DNA of 20,000 nucleotides from an uncultured virus (IMG/VR IMGVR_UViG_3300033068_001821) (lineage: Duplodnaviria > Heunggongvirae > Uroviricota > Caudoviricetes), in IMG/VR virus record IMGVR_UViG_3300033068_001821; one strand, given 5' to 3'. Both the position numbers and the translations under genes were made by a program. Shown here piece after piece: positions 9,386 through 16,024 of the stretch. Below the pieces are notes generated by a model, which was given only the letters and a program-made list of their open reading frames with translations, did no database searches and was not told where the DNA came from. The stretch's first letter is position 1, and each line of letters opens with the position of its first letter.

Positions 9386-9883
9386 TTAAAATAAAATTGA
9401 TTCTAATCCTTTTCGTTGAGTACCATTTAATTCACTTCTAATTTGCATTAGAAGTTTACCCAATTTATTTTTACCTTTGTTAGCACACTTTTCACAAGTA
9501 CATTGACCCCAAAAAATATCGTGCCACCAGTTACCTTCAATAATTTCAACATCACCAGTAGCTAATAACATTTCTTTTAAGTTTTCGTCTTTAAACTTCT
9601 CACGAAGTGCCCACTCCATAAAACCTAATCGTTTTTCTTCCCAATCAGAACGTACTCTTATTACTTTTCCTAATTGTTTAGCTTTACCTGCAGTACTAAT
9701 TTTAGAAACTAATTCTCTAAAATCTGCAGCAGTGTAATATTTACCATCAATCATTTGATCATTATTACATTTCATTGCAACGTAATAGTGTTCAACTGAA
9801 GGGTAAGTTATACCTTGGTATTCTATTTTACAAGGGTAGAAGTTTGAAAGAAAACCATATCTACCATCAAATCTTGTTATCAT
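9386..9883 (-). CDS. NADAR (YbiA/DUF1768) family N-glycosidase/ADP-ribosylhydrolase
   Basis: FLSNFY, YPSVEHYY.A.K, AKQLG, R.DW, KF...L...LL.TG...IIE.N..D.FWG, NKLGKLLM.IR. The start is more likely the ATG at 9883 (MITRF, 165 aa), because the track's start at 9922 lies inside the tmRNA terminator. Confidence 0.92.
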   Translation of the reverse strand: MITRFDGRYGFLSNFYPCKIEYQGITYPSVEHYYVAMKCNNDQMIDGKYYTAADFRELVSKISTAGKAKQLGKVIRVRSDWEEKRLGFMEWALREKFKDENLKEMLLATGDVEIIEGNWWHDIFWGQCTCEKCANKGKNKLGKLLMQIRSELNGTQRKGLESILF

Positions 9884-9900
9884 AATTTCTATATTTTTTA

Positions 9901-9908
9901 CAAAGATA
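9901..9908 (-). promoter_or_regulatory. Bacteroidota-type -7 element (TATCTTTG) for NADAR
   Basis: Minus strand TATCTTTG followed by TA, 17 nt before the ATG at 9883; no clear -33 element. Confidence 0.55.
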
Positions 9909-9910
9909 AT

Positions 9911-9938
9911 AAAAAAACCCACTCATTGAGTGGGTTTT
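9911..9938 (-). terminator. Intrinsic terminator of the tmRNA
   Basis: Minus strand AAAACCCACTC-AAT-GAGTGGGTTTTTTT directly after the tmRNA 3' end. Confidence 0.85.
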
Positions 9939-9942
9939 GTTG

Positions 9943-10318
9943 TGGAAGTGACGTTGTACTGCCCAACGTGTCTTTCTCAGTTAAAAATAACTATTCGTTT
10001 ACAAGTTTAGTAAGTTTTTCTAAGCTCACAAAATAATTAGTTTTTGAATCTCAAACTACTAATAAAAAAGTTTCACTTTTAAACTGGTGACCACAGCTGT
10101 AGAATTTTTGGTGTATTAGTCTTATTTTATTAAGCTACTACTAAATCTCTGTTAGAGATTAAATTGTTTTGTAAGCAAGCTACTAAATCTTCGCTTGTTC
10201 CTACTTGATTAACGTTGCCGTTTAAAAATGTACCATCTAATTTATTAATCGGTTATTGTAGGCCACCCGATACTTGCATAATCATCCTTAGTCCGCAAAT
10301 CAATTCTGAAACACCCCC
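9943..10318 (-). ncRNA. ssrA: tmRNA (one-piece, about 376 nt)
   Basis: 5' GGGGGTG pairs with 3' CACTTCC + discriminator A, including G3:U70. D-loop-like TTTCAGAATTGA. T-arm ACGTTG-GGCAGTA-CAACGT after GAC. Long-range helices TGCAAGT/ACTTGTA and GGATGATTAT/ATAGTTATTT. Tag frame 10219..10130 after TAAAC: GNVNQVGTSEDLVACLQNNLISNRDLVVA then TAA TAA. Flanked by an ATATATA box and a terminator. Confidence 0.9.
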
Positions 10319-10379
10319 AAGTTATTATTGTTTATATATTATAAATAAAAAGCCAAAAAGTTTAGTTTTTTATAAAAAA

Positions 10380-11687
10380 TTATTCTAAAACATTATCAGT
10401 AAACCATTTAATAACTAATTCTTTTGGTATTACATCACCATAGTACTCTTTATATTGTTCACCACCCTTTTTAACGACATATGACGTATCATCTGTGTTG
10501 ATACTATCAAAGTATTTAACATAATCATCAAAGCTCTTAAAACGCATTCCTAATACACTTACAGAACCATCATTAAATATCATCATTTTGTACTCTTCTG
10601 GGTTAATATCAATTCCAAAAATATTACCTAAATAAACATTTAATTTCTTAACATCTTTAAAACTAAATCTCACATCTTCTTGACCTTCAATTTTAACTAA
10701 AATATCATCTAAAATAGTTACTTTAATGTCTTTGTCTTCAAACCAAGTATTAAATACTAAAGTATCAGTATTAAAAGTATCATACTCTAATGTATTAGTA
10801 TGTAATAAGTCGTATTTATTTAAAATAGATTTAACTTCTCTAACAACTGATTTATTTAAGAAACGGTGTCTTGGTGCAATTTTGAATTTTGGTTCAAAGT
10901 AAGTTACTTGTCTTTCAGTTGGTAAATTTTCCCAATCAATTTTACAAGCAGCTTCTGCAACTTTAATAGTATATGATATATCAACATACTCGGTTTTGTA
11001 GTGTTCATTCCAACCACCAGCACTAATATTAGTACACTCTGGAATAATATCTAAAAACGTCGCAGTATCAGTATAATAAGCATTTGGATCGGCTTTAGAA
11101 GCAATACCTAAATTTGTTAGTTCTTCTGCCAAAGTGTCTGCAAATTTATATGAGCAACAAAATCTTGCTTTTTGTCTTAAAACAACAGAACCTGTTTGTT
11201 TTCTATCAAAAGCAACTGCTCTTTTAAATTTCTTGAAGAATTCTGGGTTTGCATTTAAAGAATTTCTTGAACCCCATAGACCACCACTTAAAATTGGTTC
11301 CTCACCTAAGAAAAAGTAGTAAGTACCTGGTATACCTTTAGCAATCATGTATAATAAAATAGACATTCCTAATTTATTATCACCACCTAAAATAGTAGTA
11401 CCATCAGTTTTAATAATATCACCTTCAATAACGTGATTGACTTTCTGATATTCTTTACAATAAGTATCTAAGTGAGTTGTAAATAATGTTTCTGAATTAC
11501 CTACTTCAATATAATAATTACCAGTAGAATCTTTTTTATATCCTTTAGGTAAATATCCCTCTAATGTTTTTTCATGACCATAAGGAATTGTATATTCAGT
11601 TAATTTCAAAAAAGTATCCTTTATTTCTAAAGGATTTATACTTTTTTCTTCCTTTCTAGAGAAGATAGATCTTTTGTTTTTTGCCAT
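10380..11687 (-). CDS. M28/M20-like zinc peptidase, copy A, with C-terminal extension
   Basis: HLDT, GGDNKLG, GEE, AFDR, CCS, YTDTA, IPECTNISAG..NEH metal-ligand pattern. Confidence 0.85.
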   Translation of the reverse strand: MAKNKRSIFSRKEEKSINPLEIKDTFLKLTEYTIPYGHEKTLEGYLPKGYKKDSTGNYYIEVGNSETLFTTHLDTYCKEYQKVNHVIEGDIIKTDGTTILGGDNKLGMSILLYMIAKGIPGTYYFFLGEEPILSGGLWGSRNSLNANPEFFKKFKRAVAFDRKQTGSVVLRQKARFCCSYKFADTLAEELTNLGIASKADPNAYYTDTATFLDIIPECTNISAGGWNEHYKTEYVDISYTIKVAEAACKIDWENLPTERQVTYFEPKFKIAPRHRFLNKSVVREVKSILNKYDLLHTNTLEYDTFNTDTLVFNTWFEDKDIKVTILDDILVKIEGQEDVRFSFKDVKKLNVYLGNIFGIDINPEEYKMMIFNDGSVSVLGMRFKSFDDYVKYFDSINTDDTSYVVKKGGEQYKEYYGDVIPKELVIKWFTDNVLE

Positions 11688-11704
11688 AATTATTTAATTT
11701 TTTA

Positions 11705-11712
11705 CAAATATA
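11705..11712 (-). promoter_or_regulatory. Bacteroidota-type -7 element (TATATTTG) for peptidase copy A
   Basis: Minus strand TATATTTG followed by TA, 17 nt before the ATG at 11687, the same spacing as for NADAR. Confidence 0.55.
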
Positions 11713-11730
11713 CAAAATTATTTTTAAATA

Positions 11731-12336
11731 TTAAAATGGTGCATCATCATCTTCACCATAATCTTCATCTGTATCATCATTTAATCCTTCATCATAATAA
11801 AAACTAAACTCCATTACTTGTCCTCTTTGAGATTCCCAAGTATCATAATCAGAATCATATTGTGGTAAAATATCTGTTTTTAATTTATTCACTAAATCAA
11901 ATAAACTAATTAAATCACTTAATCTTTCTCTATGAGATAAATTACATCTAATAGTTAAATCTAAACTATCATTAGTAATAGAAACATTATGGAAACCTTT
12001 ATTTTTAAACATACTTCTTAATAAGTATTTTAAATGTTCCATGTCATCATCTTCAATGTCTTCATCAGTTAAATCAGGATCTCTTTCTTCTTTTGAATAT
12101 AACCAATCAACATCTCTATTATCATAATCATTAAAATTATGACCAATTCCACCATAATACTCATCATCATAGTGATCATCATCTGAAATCTCTCCTGACA
12201 TATCAAATCGTGAAGGTAGTGGTGTACTAGTTTTTCTTCTTTCACCACCTGCCCAATCTTCATTCCAATCTTGGTCAGTACCTTCCCAAGCTTCATCGTC
12301 AACTCTTTCTACAAATTTTTTATATTTCTGTATCAT
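11731..12336 (-). CDS. Highly acidic hypothetical protein
   Basis: Asp-rich, probably disordered N- and C-termini around a small folded core; starts 1 nt after the peptidase B stop; N-terminus MIQKYKKFVE. Confidence 0.75.
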   Translation of the reverse strand: MIQKYKKFVERVDDEAWEGTDQDWNEDWAGGERRKTSTPLPSRFDMSGEISDDDHYDDEYYGGIGHNFNDYDNRDVDWLYSKEERDPDLTDEDIEDDDMEHLKYLLRSMFKNKGFHNVSITNDSLDLTIRCNLSHRERLSDLISLFDLVNKLKTDILPQYDSDYDTWESQRGQVMEFSFYYDEGLNDDTDEDYGEDDDAPF

Positions 12337-12337
12337 A

Positions 12338-13720
12338 TTATTTTAGTTCTATTTTAATAAATGCGTCATCAAACATAACGTATGGGTCTGGATTTTTATG
12401 TTTATACATCAATCCTTGTACTTGTGAAAGAGTATCATAGATCGTTTTAGTATCTGCCATATCAGTATCTATTTTAATGAAGATTCTATCTTGATGACCA
12501 ACTGTTTTAACTTCTAATCCAAATGCATATTTCTTAATATCATTGATTAAAGGTTTATGTTTTCTTAATATTTCTTCATTTAAACCTACTTTTCTAACTG
12601 TTGGTAATTCTGACCATTTAACTTTTAAAGAAGCTTCTGCCAATTTAATTAAGTAAGTCATATTTTGTATTTCTCTACCAGTATGTTCATTGTTATATCC
12701 AACAGATACGTTAGTACATTCTGGAATATCATCCATAAATGATGCAGAGTCCGTAAATACTCCTGTAGGATCAATAGATAGGTTTAAACCACTCTTATTA
12801 TACTCTTTACATAAAGCACCACCAAATTCGTTTGAACAACAAACTCTACCATATTGTGATGTAATAACTGAACCAGTTTTTCTTCTATCAAAAGAAACAC
12901 ATCTTTTTATATTTTTAAGGTAGTCAAATGAATCAAATTCACTTGCTAAATCTCTTGAACCAATACCACCTCTTTCTTCTCCAATGAAAAAGTAATATAA
13001 TCCAGGAATATTATGTGCCATCATATATAACATAACAGCAACTCCTGACTTATCATCTGCACCCAATATACTCATACCATCAGTATAAATATATTCGTCA
13101 CCATCCTCCATTTTAGAAAATAGAACAGTATCTACTTGTTTTCTATCAGCAGTATCTAAGTGAGAGCTAAACATTGTAGTGTCATCACCTGTAATAATTT
13201 TATAATAATTACCAAATTTATCTATTTCTAGGTCTGGTAAAAACTGTAATACTTCTGTTTCGTGACCCATTGGGTAAGTTTTTGTAACTAAGGATAAGAA
13301 AGTTGAACGTACATCCTTAGGGTTGTATTTAAAAGGTTGGTGTTCTAATCTTGTTCCTACTGGAGCAACAGTTACTTTTACTCCTTTTTTCAACTGAACA
13401 ATAGTAGTAGAGAATTTTCTAATACTTTCTTCGTCATAAACACCTGGAAAATAACTTCTTAAAAAAGAACCTATTTTTAAGTATTGTCTTTTACCACCAA
13501 TAACTGCATCAAAAAAGTAATCTGAGTCAGATATATCTAATTTTGATATATTCATATCATTGGCATATTTAGATCTAGGATCTGCCATCCAATTAAGTTC
13601 ATATGCGATATAATCATCATAATCATCTTCCATCTTAGTTAAAAGTGATTTTAACCTAGCAGAAAATGTAATCTTTATTTCATCATCATATCTCATTCTA
13701 TAATCATTTGTACCGGCCAT
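12338..13720 (-). CDS. M28/M20-like zinc peptidase, copy B, with N-terminal extension
   Basis: HLDT, GADDKSG, GEERGGIGS, SFDR, CCS, FTDSA, IPECTNVSVGY.NEH. Confidence 0.88.
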   Translation of the reverse strand: MAGTNDYRMRYDDEIKITFSARLKSLLTKMEDDYDDYIAYELNWMADPRSKYANDMNISKLDISDSDYFFDAVIGGKRQYLKIGSFLRSYFPGVYDEESIRKFSTTIVQLKKGVKVTVAPVGTRLEHQPFKYNPKDVRSTFLSLVTKTYPMGHETEVLQFLPDLEIDKFGNYYKIITGDDTTMFSSHLDTADRKQVDTVLFSKMEDGDEYIYTDGMSILGADDKSGVAVMLYMMAHNIPGLYYFFIGEERGGIGSRDLASEFDSFDYLKNIKRCVSFDRRKTGSVITSQYGRVCCSNEFGGALCKEYNKSGLNLSIDPTGVFTDSASFMDDIPECTNVSVGYNNEHTGREIQNMTYLIKLAEASLKVKWSELPTVRKVGLNEEILRKHKPLINDIKKYAFGLEVKTVGHQDRIFIKIDTDMADTKTIYDTLSQVQGLMYKHKNPDPYVMFDDAFIKIELK

Positions 13721-13753
13721 TTAAAATGTTTTTATTTTTATTATATATTAAAA

Positions 13754-14146
13754 TTAAATAGTGACTTCATGTGCATTTTTATAGTCAACCATTACTTGAC
13801 CATCATTCATACCTGGTCTTTTACTAACAAAGCGACGTTTACAGTAAACTACAACAGCATTATCTGTACCTTTTGCTTTACTATTATCTTTTGCAATCTC
13901 TGCAACCTTTCTAATTACTTCAGGAGTTGGTATATTATCTCTAACAATAATCACAACATGACTTCCAGGAACACCCTTTACGTGCATCCATATATCGTCA
14001 TTATCAGCGACATTAAATGTTAAATGATCATTAGATTTAGCATCCTTACCTAAGTGTACTAAAAATCCATCAATTTCCATCTTTTTAATATTAGGAAATT
14101 TATCTTTTTTGGACTCATTAAACTGTGAATATTTCTTTAATTTCAT
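13754..14146 (-). CDS. Stand-alone NFACT-R (DUF814) RNA-binding domain protein, RqcH/FbpA-related
   Basis: LGKDAKSND.LT...A...DIWMH....PGSHVVI ... A...SKA ... VVY.....VSK..G...GQV.V, the NFACT-R pattern. The likely start is the ATG at 14146 (130 aa), because the track's start at 14185 lies inside the MCP terminator. Confidence 0.9.
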   Translation of the reverse strand: MKLKKYSQFNESKKDKFPNIKKMEIDGFLVHLGKDAKSNDHLTFNVADNDDIWMHVKGVPGSHVVIIVRDNIPTPEVIRKVAEIAKDNSKAKGTDNAVVVYCKRRFVSKRPGMNDGQVMVDYKNAHEVTI

Positions 14147-14172
14147 AATGTATATATTATTTATATAAAACA

Positions 14173-14198
14173 AAAAAAGACCCAATTGGGTCTTTTTT
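14173..14198 (-). terminator. Intrinsic terminator after the major capsid gene
   Basis: AAAAAAGACCC-AATT-GGGTCTTTTTT perfect inverted repeat 16 nt after the MCP stop. Confidence 0.85.
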
Positions 14199-14214
14199 AT
14201 ATTTAATCTAAAGA

Positions 14215-15936
14215 TTAGTTTAATAATCCTTTAACATCAGACACAACAATAGTCATGAACTGTTTTTGTGGATACCAACCAACTTCAGTTACTGCATATC
14301 TTGATCTAAGTAACATTCTTGGTGCGAATGTAGCCTCAGAGATGATGCTAATTGACTGAGCCATTAAGTAAGGTACGAAAATGATACCTGGTTGGTCAGG
14401 GTTATTTTTTCTACCTAATACGATTCTATTATCGTTATATCTCATATATGGATCAACATAGATAGAGATGTCTCCGATTGAACCTACTGGGTATAATTGA
14501 CCTTGAGAGTTCATTTTAGATTTTAATGGGTTGATAGTATAACCTGCAATATCTTGTAATGCTGCAGCTAAACCTCCATTTGTGATTAAGTATTGAGCTG
14601 GTCCAACACGTCCTTCTGTTGCAATGTAGTTAGAAGCATGAGCAATTTTAGTGATCAATTTTCTTTGTACAGCGTGAGTAGTCTCACCACCAACAGCACT
14701 TCCTGCATACTGTGTATCCAAGTCAAAGATTGTTTGGTTAGCGATTTGTGTAGAGTAAGTAGAACCTGCTACTGGAGCAGTTTGTCTATTTAAAGCACCC
14801 ATTTCAAAAATTTTGTTAACAATTTGTTTAGAGATTGTTTGAGATAACTCATTAACAAGGATTGATTCCATTTTTTGAACGATATCCATACCTGTGTTAG
14901 CTTTAATATCTTCAATCTCTGTTCTTCTTAATGCAGAAGATACTTCAATAGTACCAACAGCAACTGTTTTAGAAGAAATTTTTGGTCCGATAACACCTGA
15001 GTAAGTATCATCATCAGTTGCTCTATCCATTGGATAAGCACCTGCTGGAGACGAAGTTGGTCCGTACCAGTTTGCAGAGAAACCTGGGATGTGGTCTTCT
15101 AATGCAGATACTAATTGGATATCAACACCACCTGTCGCAACACCTGCAATACTTGAGATTTGAGATGTCATCGATGCAGTTGCAGTAAATGTATTTCTAG
15201 TAGGATCATAACTCCATCCAATATTCATTTGTCCAACACCTGTATTTGCAGTGTTTGCTTGTCTGTAAGCTCTAAACATTGGGAAACCATCGATACGAGA
15301 GAATCCTAAGAATTCAACAACACCTAATTTACTAGATGGTTCAGTAGTAGAAATCGTAGCACCAATAGATGCAGTACCACTAGGATTGATTGAATACCAG
15401 TATCTACCGTTTGAAATACCACCTTGATTTTGGTTGATTGAAGAACCAACACCTGTTAAAATCGCAGTAGCTAAAGCAGATGCAGTTGCACCAGCGTTTA
15501 CTTTGAAGATTTGTGGTCTTTCGTCAGATGCACCCATTCTTGTATCATCGTATTGGAAATCGATGTATAATAAGTCGATTTTTGGACCTGGAGTTGGTTT
15601 AACAGCAACTAAGTCTAAACCGATTGTTTGAGCAGCAATTTTCATTGCAACTGGTAACAAGTTTTGACCAACATCACCTGAACCAATTGTTCCTACTGAT
15701 GTAGATGTAGCTAAAGAACCACCAATTGTTTGTCCTGCATAAGTAGCAGGTTGTGCAGCAAATACGTTACCCATACCAGCTACGTTTGAAGCGTTTACAT
15801 ACGCATTTTCGTTGATTGAGTGAAATTCAGCATATTCTGACATCCATTCTACTCTATCACCTGTTACTCCCATGTTTTCCAACACTGGAGACCATTTTTT
15901 CATGGCTTTTTGATTATCTATTCTAATGTGTGACAT
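14215..15936 (-). CDS. Major capsid protein (T4 gp23-like)
   Basis: KKWSPVLE N-terminus, DLVAVKP..GP, IE DIKA..G.D, IL.NE...I...I, IYVDPY, G..FVPY, TFAPR....SRY; lies directly downstream of the prohead protease; C-ending codons are visibly enriched, as expected for high expression. Confidence 0.93.
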   Translation of the reverse strand: MSHIRIDNQKAMKKWSPVLENMGVTGDRVEWMSEYAEFHSINENAYVNASNVAGMGNVFAAQPATYAGQTIGGSLATSTSVGTIGSGDVGQNLLPVAMKIAAQTIGLDLVAVKPTPGPKIDLLYIDFQYDDTRMGASDERPQIFKVNAGATASALATAILTGVGSSINQNQGGISNGRYWYSINPSGTASIGATISTTEPSSKLGVVEFLGFSRIDGFPMFRAYRQANTANTGVGQMNIGWSYDPTRNTFTATASMTSQISSIAGVATGGVDIQLVSALEDHIPGFSANWYGPTSSPAGAYPMDRATDDDTYSGVIGPKISSKTVAVGTIEVSSALRRTEIEDIKANTGMDIVQKMESILVNELSQTISKQIVNKIFEMGALNRQTAPVAGSTYSTQIANQTIFDLDTQYAGSAVGGETTHAVQRKLITKIAHASNYIATEGRVGPAQYLITNGGLAAALQDIAGYTINPLKSKMNSQGQLYPVGSIGDISIYVDPYMRYNDNRIVLGRKNNPDQPGIIFVPYLMAQSISIISEATFAPRMLLRSRYAVTEVGWYPQKQFMTIVVSDVKGLLN

Positions 15937-16024
15937 AAAAATTTTATTTTTTTTTAATTTTTTTTTACAATACTATATATATCCTTGTTTTTACTCGTTT
16001 TCGCAAGTATGGATTTTTTATAGA

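Noticed and set aside
9940..10380. The ORF-free gap read as an origin, a tRNA, a group I intron or a permuted two-piece tmRNA
   Set aside because: Fully explained by a one-piece tmRNA: 5' acceptor strand, tag frame, T-arm and 3' acceptor strand are in standard order, and there is no anticodon arm.
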